The notes beneath the pieces are model-generated. The model was not told where the DNA came from and made no database searches. It saw only the letters and a program-made list of their open reading frames with translations. Shown here in pieces: positions 20,701-29,602 of a stretch of DNA of 64,000 nucleotides; positions within the stretch are counted from its first letter, which is position 1, and each line of letters opens with the position of its first letter. Origin of the DNA: a bacterium. GTDB taxonomy: Bacteria; SAR324; NAC60-12. The position numbers were made by a program, and so were the translations under genes. The stretch is taken from NCBI GenBank assembly GCA_965205865.1, contig CBDBHR010000030.1, forward strand, positions 1,191,866 to 1,255,865, written 5' to 3'.

Positions 20701-20916
20701 GGTTTTGTAACGAGGAATGACGTCTTTGATGGTACCGGCAAGCAAATGACCATAGTGAGGCAATCCTGTCGCAAAAGGAGGTCCATCATAAAATACGAAT
20801 TCACGATCTTTGGGACGTTGTTCGATCGATTTTTCAAAGATTTGTTGATGCTTCCAAAACGCCAGAATCTCGCTTTCAAGATCGGGGAAATTTATTTTAT
20901 TGGAAATTTCTTTCAT
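17782..20916 (-). CDS. ileS: Isoleucine--tRNA ligase, type 2 (eukaryote-like)
   Basis: 1044 aa; HYGH (HIGH) and KMSKR (KMSKS) motifs; CP1 editing domain. Confidence 0.95.
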   Translation of the reverse strand: MKEISNKINFPDLESEILAFWKHQQIFEKSIEQRPKDREFVFYDGPPFATGLPHYGHLLAGTIKDVIPRYKTMRGHRVERRFGWDCHGLPVEFEVEQALQLEGRPDIIEFGIGNYNEACRKIVLRYTREWRETVDRMARWVDFDNDYKTMDRSYMESVWWVMKQLWQKNLIYEGRKVVPYSWRLSTPLSNFEANLNYQETQDPSITFKCQATDEENTYYLGWTTTPWTIPANLACCVGAEIDYVKIREKASGENYYLATNRIPAYWQAGEYEVLDALKGSDLRNKTYHPPFDFAIGRVDSSRVWRVLVDDYISDESGTGIVHQAPAFGEDDLRIGLREGLPLFDPVDDDGNFQSYMGFLAGLNIKAADKTIIRYLKDKNKILRHETIEHSYPFCWRTDTPLIYKAISTWFVKVEAIKDQMVQNNQTIHWVPGHIRDGRFGKWLENARDWAISRNRFWGTPLPIWKSEDGDCLCFGSVAELEEASGQKVEDLHKHLVDDLVIVQNDKIYKRIPEVLDCWFESGSMPYGQEHYPFENKERFDANFPADFICEGLDQTRGWFYSLVVVGTALYNKPAFHNVIVNGLVLAEDGKKMSKRLKNYPDPINMLDQYGADAIRLYMLNSPAVRGDDLRFSEKGLVDTTRSILLPLWNALAFLTTYAAIDRWQPSGEILSMPSNPLDRWILSKLQGLIETVRASMDAYDLNKSVAPFVGFIDLLTNWYIRRSRRRFWKAGQGKDKQEAYAVLYQVLVELSKVIAPFVPFIAEGIYRNLRNERDEESVHLANFPQVRRRYRDPAIEKKMELVLSAVSMGRALRNKHQLKIRQPLASIFLVTRDPEAVAILNDMEELITEELNIKKVVVADNEEDLVTYSAKANYRVLGPKLGVRMKQVARTIAELDSSAIFRLRDGKRTTLELDGETIILAPEDVLLQRHEKEGLLAQTENNVTVALNTELTIDLQQEGFAREFVNKVQNMRKEQAFDVMARIHVRYQTSQSVQTAVTRFDQFIKTETLANHLEAIPSGHLMSGRRGTEWDINGEACAIEVQRA

Positions 20917-21284
20917 TCGTACTCCTGATTTCGCTGCCGAATTTTGTCATTGCGTTTCAATCTCATGCGGATGAGAGCAAGGATCAATGATGGCTGAAGC
21001 CCTACAACATTCAAGCGCAATGTCCGCTGACCGTGCTTTACAGAGCTTCCGATCCCGGAGTGTAGCTTCCAACAATCGTTTGTCATTCTTGCCTGTTCAA
21101 CTATGATCACGTCGACCAGGAAGCTTGCATACGCAAATGAGAATAGGAAGCAAAAGATCGATCCGACGTCGATTTTGGATTTCTTTATTGTCTCGAGCAT
21201 GGCATCCATTCCAAAGATCCGAAAAGATGGCGTGACGAAAAAAAGCCTTTCTTTCAGATGACCACTGGATTTTGAAGAATACAT
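20913..21284 (-). CDS. Hypothetical small protein (possibly spurious), overlaps the ileS start by 4 bp
   Basis: ORF only; no recognisable motifs. Confidence 0.15.
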   Translation of the reverse strand: MYSSKSSGHLKERLFFVTPSFRIFGMDAMLETIKKSKIDVGSIFCFLFSFAYASFLVDVIIVEQARMTNDCWKLHSGIGSSVKHGQRTLRLNVVGLQPSLILALIRMRLKRNDKIRQRNQEYE

Positions 21285-21411
21285 GCGCTAAGATCAAGCA
21301 ATCACATTCAAAGTCAGGAAGAGAATTCCTCATTTTGATTTCTGACTGCCAGCATATCAGATTAGTCTTCCGCCAACCAAACCTTGACTTGGAAATTCAG
21401 AAAGGACTGTC

Positions 21412-23919
21412 ATGTCGCAAGAAGATCGATATTCCGAGGTAAACACCCCCATCCAAATTCCCATGCTGCCCATGAGAGACATTGTGGTTTTCCCCCGCAT
21501 GACCGCGCCTTTTTTCATCGGGAGAGCCCCCTCCATGGCTGCCTTGGAAAAAGCTCTGGCAACCGATCGCCGGGTTTTTGTAGTAGCGCAGCAGGATCCC
21601 ATGATTGAATCACCCTCTGCGAAAGATTTGTTCCGGATGGGGACCATAGGCCAGATCCTCCAGATCATGCGTCTACACAATGGCACCATCAAAGCCCTGT
21701 TCGAGGCCAAAACTCGCGGCATGCTGATTGAAGCCAGTCTGACAGGTTCTTTTTATTCGGCACTTGTCGAACCCCTCCCGGAAGCCGTGTTTCATACTCC
21801 GGAATTGGTTGCATTGAGCAAAAATGTCCGGCATGAGTTGAAACGCTATCTCAAAGAAGTCAAAAAGCACACTGAACGTATTGAAAAGCTGGCCCTGGAT
21901 AAGGAAGAACCCTGCCACCTGGCCGACCGCATTGCGCCGCTATTGAACATGGATCTGAAGAAAAAACAGGAACTCCTGGAAATTTCAGATGCTCAAAGAC
22001 GACTGGAAATCGTTTACGAGCGGATGCTGGAAGAAAATGAATTGAAAAAAGTGGAGCGCAAACTCAAAGAACGCGTCCAAGGGCAAATAGGCAGAACTCA
22101 AAAGGAATACTATCTCAACGAACAAATCAAAGCTATCCAAAAAGAGCTGGGACAAGGAGAAGACGGAAAAGCGGAAATTGAAGAATACACCAAAAAAGTC
22201 GCAGACACCCCGCTTTCCAAGGAAGCCGGAGAGGTGGCTGTAAAGGAAGTAAAAAAACTGAAAATGATGCAACCGATGTCGGCAGAGGCCAATGTGGTGA
22301 GGAATTATCTGGATTGGTTGCTGGGCATGCCCTGGGGTGAAAAAACCGAAGATCATTTTGAATTAGGAGATGCCGAGAAAGTTCTCGACGTCGAGCATTA
22401 TGGTTTGAGAAAAATAAAAGAGCGGATTATTGAATATTTAGCGGTTGCGCAGAAAGTAGGACAGATGAATGGTCCGATCATTTGTCTGGTGGGGCCTCCG
22501 GGTGTGGGGAAGACCTCTCTTGCCCGCTCAGTCGCCAAAGCGCTTGGCAGAAAATTCGTACGCATGAGTCTGGGAGGGGTGCGGGACGAAGCAGAAATCA
22601 GGGGGCACCGTCGTACTTACATTGGCGCTCTTCCCGGAAAAATCATTCAGTCGGTCCGTAAGGCGAAAAGCACCAACCCTCTGATGCTGCTCGACGAGTT
22701 GGACAAGATGACCTATGGAGTTATGGGCGACCCTGCTGCCGCCTTGTTGGAAGTGTTGGACCGGGAACAAAACCACTCTTTCATGGATCACTATCTGGAG
22801 ATTGAATTCGATTTATCCGATGTCCTTTTCTTTTGTACCGCCAACGTCGACCAAAATATCCCTCTCACTTTGAAAGATCGGATGGAAGTCATCACTTTAT
22901 CCGGATACACCGAATTGGAAAAAGAGCACATCGCCGCACGGCATTTGATTCCCAAACAGATTGAAGAAAACGGATTGAAAAAGGAGCAGATCAGGTTCCA
23001 GCGTAAAGGATTGACAGAAATCATCCAGCGCTACACGCGAGAAGCCGGGGTGCGGGATCTCGAACGCTCCATTTCCAAGGTCTGCCGCAAAGTAGCCCGC
23101 CAGATTGTACAAAAGCATGGGGCTAAAAACCCCTCCCCCGGCCCCTCCCTCAAGGGGAGGGGAGAACTGATCGATAAAACAATTGTGGTGACGGAGAAAC
23201 GAATTCACGATTATCTGGGAGTTCCATGTTATAAACACAAGGAAATCGCAGAGAAAAATGAAATTGGAACCGCGTGCGGACTGGCCTGGACATCGGTAGG
23301 TGGTAAATTGCTCACCAATGAAGTGTGCCTGATGAAGGGAAAAGGCAATCTGAAATTAACGGGGCAATTGGGCGAAGTGATGAAAGAATCCGCAAAGGCC
23401 GCTTTGAGCTATGTGCGCAGCAATGCGAATATGCTCGGAATTTATTCATCGGTCTTTCAAGAAACCGACATCCATATCCATGTTCCGGAAGGTTCCGTTC
23501 CCAAAGATGGTCCATCGGCTGGAATTACCATGACCACCTCCTTGATAAGCGCCTTCACCAGCATTCCTGTGAGAAAGGAGGTTGCCATGACCGGAGAAAT
23601 CACCTTACGGGGAAGAATTTTGCCCATTGGTGGACTGAAAGAGAAATTGTTGGCTGCCAAACGGGGAGGAGTTCAAACCGTCTTGATTCCTGATAAAAAT
23701 GAAAAAGACTTGGTAGAGATTCCGGTTGAGATCAAAAAAGAGTTGACGATTGTCCCTGTCACTTTTGCGGAGGATGCCTTGAAAGTGGCGTTGGAACGTC
23801 TACCAGTTGCCGTGGAAGATCCTCCGAAGGAAGAAGAAAACGCCCGTGAAACTGCAACCAACGTGATTGCGGAGGAATCTTTCACTGAGCATGAAGTCCC
23901 CAGTTTTCCTCACAATTAA
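21412..23919 (+). CDS. lon: ATP-dependent Lon protease (endopeptidase La)
   Basis: N-terminal Lon domain, Walker A GPPGVGKTS, and protease S-K dyad context PKDGPSAGIT...KEK. Contains a 15-aa insertion derived from the palindromic repeat at 23125-23168. Confidence 0.95.
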   Translation: MSQEDRYSEVNTPIQIPMLPMRDIVVFPRMTAPFFIGRAPSMAALEKALATDRRVFVVAQQDPMIESPSAKDLFRMGTIGQILQIMRLHNGTIKALFEAKTRGMLIEASLTGSFYSALVEPLPEAVFHTPELVALSKNVRHELKRYLKEVKKHTERIEKLALDKEEPCHLADRIAPLLNMDLKKKQELLEISDAQRRLEIVYERMLEENELKKVERKLKERVQGQIGRTQKEYYLNEQIKAIQKELGQGEDGKAEIEEYTKKVADTPLSKEAGEVAVKEVKKLKMMQPMSAEANVVRNYLDWLLGMPWGEKTEDHFELGDAEKVLDVEHYGLRKIKERIIEYLAVAQKVGQMNGPIICLVGPPGVGKTSLARSVAKALGRKFVRMSLGGVRDEAEIRGHRRTYIGALPGKIIQSVRKAKSTNPLMLLDELDKMTYGVMGDPAAALLEVLDREQNHSFMDHYLEIEFDLSDVLFFCTANVDQNIPLTLKDRMEVITLSGYTELEKEHIAARHLIPKQIEENGLKKEQIRFQRKGLTEIIQRYTREAGVRDLERSISKVCRKVARQIVQKHGAKNPSPGPSLKGRGELIDKTIVVTEKRIHDYLGVPCYKHKEIAEKNEIGTACGLAWTSVGGKLLTNEVCLMKGKGNLKLTGQLGEVMKESAKAALSYVRSNANMLGIYSSVFQETDIHIHVPEGSVPKDGPSAGITMTTSLISAFTSIPVRKEVAMTGEITLRGRILPIGGLKEKLLAAKRGGVQTVLIPDKNEKDLVEIPVEIKKELTIVPVTFAEDALKVALERLPVAVEDPPKEEENARETATNVIAEESFTEHEVPSFPHN
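23125..23168. repeat. 45-bp GC-rich palindromic repeat, copy 1 (inside the lon CDS, in frame)
   Basis: aaaaacccctcccccggcccctccctcaaggggaggggagaactg, with the cccctccctc/ggggagggg hairpin. Translates as NPSPGPSLKGRGEL within Lon. Confidence 0.75.
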
Positions 23920-23920
23920 G

Positions 23921-23966
23921 AAAAACCCCCTCCCCCGGCCCCTCCCTCAAGGGGAGGGGAGAACTG
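23921..23966. repeat. 45-bp GC-rich palindromic repeat, copy 2 (immediately after the lon stop)
   Basis: Near-identical to copy 1; may also act as the lon terminator hairpin. Confidence 0.75.
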
Positions 23967-23975
23967 GGGGATTGG

Positions 23976-25288
23976 TCAAAGTTCTTGTAGGGCCAGTTTA
24001 ACGGCATGCGCAGTTTTCTCCAAATCCGCTTCCGAGTGTACCGTGGATATAAAGAGGGATTCGAAAGCGGAGGGGGCGAGATAGATTCCTGCCGCCAACA
24101 TTTCTTTGAAAAACTTCTTAAATCCCGCTACGTCCGTTTGTAAGGCATCTTGATAATTGCGTACCGGGTTTGCGGCAAAGAAAAAACCAAACATCCCTCC
24201 CATGTGATGGGCTTGAAAAGGGAGGCCTGCTTTTTCGAACAGACTCGTCATTTCATTGACCAGCCACGAACATTTTTGGCTGAGATCCGCATAAACTCCT
24301 TCACATTTGAGCAATTGAAGGGTGGCAATGCCCGCTGCTACCGCAATGGGATTGCCCGACAAGGTGCCTGCCTGATAAACCGGGCCGACAGGGGCAACTT
24401 GCAACATGATATCCTGACGGCCGCCATACGCGCCCACAGGTAAACCTCCTCCAATCACTTTGCCAAAAGTGGTGAGATCCGGCTGAACGTTTAAAAGAGC
24501 TTGCGCCCCTCCGTAATCCACGCGGAAACCGCTCATCACTTCATCAAAATAAGCACCATCCCTTCCCGATTACACAAATTCCGCAATCCCTGCAAGAATC
24601 CATGTTCCGGTAAAATCATTCCCATGTTTCCCGCCACCGGCTCGACGATCACTGCCGCTATTTCCTGAGGATGAAGATCCAGCAGTTCGATCACCGAATC
24701 GAGATCATTGTAACGCGCCAACAGAGTCAACTCCACAAATGCTTGTGGCACTCCGGCAGAATCAGGTTTGCCCAAAGTGGTGGCACCCGAACCGGCTTGT
24801 ACGAGTAAGGGATCCACGCTGCCGTGATAACATCCTTCGAACTTTATGATCTTGTCTTTTCCGGTATAGCCACGCGCAGTCCGGATTGCCCCCATAGTGG
24901 CTTCACCGCCGGAGTTGACGAGCCTCAGAATCTCGATGCCCGGCACGGCTTCTTTGACCATCTCCGCTAAAACGACCTCGTTTTCAGTAGGGGCGCCGAA
25001 TGAGGTACCGGCATGCAGCGCTTTTTCCACTGCCTCCATCACCGCTTGATGACAATGACCTAAAATGAGGGGTCCCCAAGAGCCCACATAGTCGATGAAC
25101 TCGTTGCCATCAATATCATAAATTTTTGATCCTTTGCCTCGCTCAATGAAAAGGGGGTGTGTCTCCACGGATTTGAATGCGCGAACGGGACTGTTTACGC
25201 CTCCTGGAATCGATAGTTGCGCACGCTCGAAAAGTTGAAGAGATCGACTGAATTTCATGGCTATGTCCTTATCAAAGAGAGCCTGCAA
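23976..25288 (-). pseudogene. hemL: Glutamate-1-semialdehyde 2,1-aminomutase, interrupted by a -1 frameshift in a T/A run (about 24545-24549)
   Basis: The N-terminal piece (24536..25288) and C-terminal piece (23976..24539) together match HemL end-to-end. At the junction LILMK* and MSGFRV should read [12 protein letters not shown]; one extra T restores the frame. Possibly a sequencing artefact. Confidence 0.8.
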
Positions 25289-25310
25289 CGCGGGCTGCTG
25301 GTAATAACGC

Positions 25311-25356
25311 CACTCCCCCCTCCCCTAACCCCTCCCTCGTGGGGAGGGGGACTCCT
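25311..25356. repeat. 45-bp GC-rich palindromic repeat, copy 3 (divergent variant)
   Basis: cactcccccctcccctaacccctccctcgtggggagggggactcc, lying between the M16 peptidase and hemL genes. Confidence 0.65.
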
Positions 25357-25441
25357 TCCGAGCCATAGAAAAGCAAGAAAAGACCCTCGAGCAATGGATC
25401 GACTGATTGGGAAAGATTTGTCACAAAATGATAGCAGCAGA

Positions 25442-28400
25442 CTATGGATTTTGTTGCGAATCTTTAAATTGGTCAAAGGATTGGACTATGATTCCCGACC
25501 CTGGAATATCCGTGTGTGATTGACCCACCATGCGAATTGCCAAATAGGGATTTTCTTCAAGAGAGAGCGTGTTTTCCAAAATCTCCACCACTTCGTCCCG
25601 TGTCACTTCCTCAATGGCTTTGATATTTTCACTGACGTAATCAAAGTCTGCGTCTTTTTCAAAAGCTTGATAAAACAGGAAATTCGCTTCTTCGGAAATC
25701 GTGGCGTATTTCTCCAGTTGGGAATTGATCACGGATTGCCGGAAATTTTCAAATTCACCATCAGGCAACTGTTTAAACTCTTCAATGAATTTGGGAATAT
25801 AGGCTTCTACTCGTTCTTGCAGCAGACCTGGAGGATATTTACCGGATTGCACCATCAACATCCACCCCAGGGTTTTTTCCATCCATGATATATCGCCAAA
25901 AACGGTATATCCCAACTGTTGCTCGGTCCTCAATTCACTATATGCCCAGGAGCGCAAAGCGGTGGCAATGATCAGCATCGCTCCCCGCAGCCGGGGATTG
26001 CTTGCTCCTACCTGAACTTCAAAGAGCAAGGCGGAATTGTCGATTTTCACTTTTTTGGAAAAAATGAAATCTTTGCTATTGTTGATCCGCACAATTGTAT
26101 TCTCAAAAAGTTCCTCTCGGGGCAGAGGCTGTCCCTGCAAATTTCGCAACATTTCCTGAAGGGCTTGCCGGGCCTTTTCTTTTTCCAGATTTCCATAGAC
26201 CACTCCCTGGACGTAGAAAGAGCGATAGAGTGTTTTTGTATAAGCTATCAAATCATCCAAGGTGATGTTTTTAATTACTTCCTGATATTGGTCTATTGAA
26301 AATTTCTTTTCTTCCATGAGCAATGAACGCGCATAAAACGCTTGCTGATAGGCTTGATTGAACTGGAAATTCTGGTAGATACGCAGACGCCGCTCCTTCA
26401 AGGATTGAAACGTTGCTTCATCAATGGTGATCTCCTGCAGTTTGGTCAACAGGATTTTAGAAAGAGTGAAAATGCGATCTGAATAGCCACTGACATTGAC
26501 TGTGATTCCCTCTTTACCGGTTCTGATCCCAAATTCCAATCCGGCAATCCGCACCGCATAGCCAAATTCGTTCAATCCTTCATTGATGGCATTGGTATAC
26601 AATTGGGAGAGCACCGCTGATTTCGGAGAACTGTAAACCTGAGGCGTATGAATCAGCAATGTCAGTTCCGCTTTCGGGGTGTGAAAGCGTAAATCCTGCT
26701 GAAACCAGACTTCCCCTTGCTCATTGTCCAGGATTTTTTGAGGACGGGCCATGGCGTGTTTGAAGATCAACTTGCGAAATGGTTGAATCTCTTCCGCACG
26801 GCCCGGGAATAACTGCTCTTGAAATTCTTGCCAGGACGCCCAATATTTTCCCTGATGCGTCTCCAGCACATTGAGGATGGGCTGGGGAATTTGCTCTTGT
26901 TTCAATCCAACCAGGGACTGATAGGCGAGCATAAACTGAGTGATTGAAGAAACCAGATTCAGATTTTCCGGGATAAAAATATTCTTTTCCGGCAAATCCA
27001 TTTCTTCATGAGGCTGGACTTTCTGCAGCGTACGAATGAAATCCGGATTGTCTTCGGTATAAGAATAATTGGCTCCGAAATAAGGCTCGGTCTTGTCTGT
27101 TTTCAAGCCCTTGGCCATCAAAGTGACCAGCATGTTGTCCGCAGTGAGGCGAAACAGAATGCTGTCGAAATGGTGAGGTTCGTAGCGATCATAAAGAAAT
27201 GGCGCCGTTTCTACCAAGTCCATTGGAATGTAGTGGAGTAAGGAAGCAAAGCCGATGACCAGATCCGTGCCATCGGTTTTTTCCTCAAAACGATAATCGA
27301 TCACCGCCATCTGCTCGAGTTCCTCAAAAAGCTCTTCTTGAAAGCCCGTGCGTCTTAAAAGTCGGATGTATTGAAAAATCCGTTTGACGACCGTTTCATA
27401 TTGTTCCAATCCTTTCGGCGTCAGTTGCACTGTAACAGTAAATCGCCCATAGGCTTTTCCGGAAGAACCTCCTGCGGAAAGACCTGTGGCCAGACCTTCC
27501 TTTTTGAGCAAGGAGAGGAGGCTTCCTTTTCCTTCGTGACCAATGAGGTGTCCTAAGGCATAGCTGGGTTTGGTTTCATAGAGCCTTTGGATACTGGGCA
27601 GCGGAAAGATGAGTTTAAGGGAACGGGTATCTTTGAGCGGTTCAATCCGGACCACCCGAAACTGATCGCTTTTCTTCAAATAAGTTTGAGGGATCCTGAT
27701 TGGACTGACCGGCAGATTGCGAATCTGGCTGAAGTACGTCTCCACCCATTCATGCAGAGTGTCCAGATCCTGCTTTCCCAAAACAGCCAGTGTCATCGAG
27801 TTCGCAGAATAGTATTTGTCGTAAAATTCCAGCAAATCCTCTCTGGTGGTGTTTTGCAAGGTCGCCACGTTGCCAATACGAAAATTTTGTGCCGGGTGAT
27901 TGGGGGTAAATAAGGAAGCCTCCACTTGCGACACGCGCCAATGATCGCTGGGTCGCTTTTGGGTATATTCTGACTCCACCACTTCCAATTCACGCTTGAC
28001 ATATTCCGGATTGAATAGAGGGGCGATAAAAAACTGGGCAAAGCGATCGAGCGCTTCTTCCAAATGCTCCCCGGCCACTTGAAAATAATAGTTAGTCGTC
28101 TCGTTCGTTGTGAATGCGTTGCTGAATCCGTCATGACTGGTAAGAAAATCTTTGTCGTCGTCAACATCCGGGTATTTTTCAGTCCCTAAAAACAACATGT
28201 GTTCTAAAAAATGGGCTATTCCCTGATGCTCGGGGGGATCGCTCAAAGATCCGACTGCCACACTGAGCGACGCCGCTCCGTGATGCGCGGTGGGATCAGA
28301 AACTAAAATGACCTTCAAGGAATTGGGAAGGATAAATCGACGATATTGCCGCTGCTCATAACGTGGGTCCGTTCTGTCTGTTGCCCAGGTGTTTAAATGT

Positions 28401-28459
28401 TGAGAAGGAAAAAGAAAGAAAAACACAAAAAATATAAATAGATATCTCATGGTATTCAT
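25442..28459 (-). CDS. Secreted M16-family (pitrilysin/insulinase-like) zinc metallopeptidase
   Basis: Signal peptide, inverted zinc motif HFLEH, ~1000 aa two-half clamshell architecture. Confidence 0.85.
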   Translation of the reverse strand: MNTMRYLFIFFVFFFLFPSQHLNTWATDRTDPRYEQRQYRRFILPNSLKVILVSDPTAHHGAASLSVAVGSLSDPPEHQGIAHFLEHMLFLGTEKYPDVDDDKDFLTSHDGFSNAFTTNETTNYYFQVAGEHLEEALDRFAQFFIAPLFNPEYVKRELEVVESEYTQKRPSDHWRVSQVEASLFTPNHPAQNFRIGNVATLQNTTREDLLEFYDKYYSANSMTLAVLGKQDLDTLHEWVETYFSQIRNLPVSPIRIPQTYLKKSDQFRVVRIEPLKDTRSLKLIFPLPSIQRLYETKPSYALGHLIGHEGKGSLLSLLKKEGLATGLSAGGSSGKAYGRFTVTVQLTPKGLEQYETVVKRIFQYIRLLRRTGFQEELFEELEQMAVIDYRFEEKTDGTDLVIGFASLLHYIPMDLVETAPFLYDRYEPHHFDSILFRLTADNMLVTLMAKGLKTDKTEPYFGANYSYTEDNPDFIRTLQKVQPHEEMDLPEKNIFIPENLNLVSSITQFMLAYQSLVGLKQEQIPQPILNVLETHQGKYWASWQEFQEQLFPGRAEEIQPFRKLIFKHAMARPQKILDNEQGEVWFQQDLRFHTPKAELTLLIHTPQVYSSPKSAVLSQLYTNAINEGLNEFGYAVRIAGLEFGIRTGKEGITVNVSGYSDRIFTLSKILLTKLQEITIDEATFQSLKERRLRIYQNFQFNQAYQQAFYARSLLMEEKKFSIDQYQEVIKNITLDDLIAYTKTLYRSFYVQGVVYGNLEKEKARQALQEMLRNLQGQPLPREELFENTIVRINNSKDFIFSKKVKIDNSALLFEVQVGASNPRLRGAMLIIATALRSWAYSELRTEQQLGYTVFGDISWMEKTLGWMLMVQSGKYPPGLLQERVEAYIPKFIEEFKQLPDGEFENFRQSVINSQLEKYATISEEANFLFYQAFEKDADFDYVSENIKAIEEVTRDEVVEILENTLSLEENPYLAIRMVGQSHTDIPGSGIIVQSFDQFKDSQQNP

Positions 28460-28862
28460 TAGTTCGAGTTAATGCATGTTTCTATGAAATGCTCATTAGA
28501 GAATTTGAGGGTTACACTTTGAATAGTTTATTTTATTTATCTTTGTTTTTTTGTCAAGTTGCGTTCGAGGGAGTTTAATTGAAAAATAACTATTGCATTT
28601 CCCCTCATTCCTCTTATCTGAAAACCGTTGCTCCCTACCTTCCTGTTATTTCGCCGCTCAAAGGAATCTTTCAGACCTCTACCCTGAAAAACTTAAAAAA
28701 CCAATAACCTTCTTCATTGAGTTTATGTTTTTTTAATCTCTTAGGGTCTGATTCCCCGCAGTCTTGCTGCGATGAAAATGATTTACCAATAAATACGCCG
28801 CTGCTTGCCGCAGGGTAGTTCATTTTTTTCGCGAATCCTGTTTTTTTAGGCTATACGTTGTA

Positions 28863-29110
28863 TAGTAGTGCTAAAATCATGACTTGTTGTTTCAGGGAAG
28901 AAGAGGGTTCCCGCTCGATCGATTGAACAATGCCGTGGTAGGGCGTGAAAACGATGGATCCTCCCCGGGAATCTTTTTTCAACATTTTTGTATTTTAGGC
29001 TTGATCCTGAGGATCCTAAGTAGTAGTAGTGTTAAAATCATTTCTTGTTGTTTTGGGAAAGAGAGGGCGTGAAAACGAGTCATCCCCCCCGGGAATCTTT
29101 TTTCAACTTT
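28863..29110. repeat. Dispersed repeat family (same family as 12411-12900, opposite orientation), two tandem sub-units
   Basis: tagtagtgctaaaatcatgacttgttgtttcagggaagaagagggttcccgctcgatcgattgaacaa...gggaatcttttttcaac is repeated with variation. Confidence 0.7.
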
Positions 29111-29602
29111 TTGCTATTCTTATGAACTCGAGAGTGACGAATTCTTGTCAGTCAATGAAATTAAAATCACTGACTGATACACATTCTCATTTCCGCGAAA
29201 GCGCATTGGATCAACTTAAGAGTCCGTATATTATTTCAGTTACTTGGAGTCAAAAATAGAATTCCACACCCCTGGAAAGATGGGCCAGGGGAGCGGGAAT
29301 CCGTAGTGTTTTCATAGGCTAATGAAGACTGGATCCCGCATCAAGTGCGGGATGACACGAGAATTCGTAACTCAAGAGCAATGAGAGTAGGCGCGATGAG
29401 ACGTAGAATCAATAGCAGGCAGTTAACTTCTGACAAAAGAGGAATTATGAAAGATAAAATCAAAAAAAATATCAATCAACTTCTGAAAAAGGAGAAATTA
29501 TGCGACATCCAATAAATCAAATCCAATTCACTTCTAATAAAGAAGAAGCAATGGAACATCCAAGGAATCTTAACCCAAATCAAAGTGAAAGAGGAGGAAT
29601 CA

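Noticed and set aside
20917-21411. T-box leader upstream of ileS
   Set aside because: No AGGGTGGNACCGCG T-box sequence or specifier-loop architecture was found on the minus strand.
29500-29602. Long N-terminal extensions of the SBP ORFs (29500 start; 59355 start for SBP-3)
   Set aside because: Extensions are built from the duplicated leader segments and lack Shine-Dalgarno sequences. Downstream ATGs with strong Shine-Dalgarno and canonical signal peptides were preferred.
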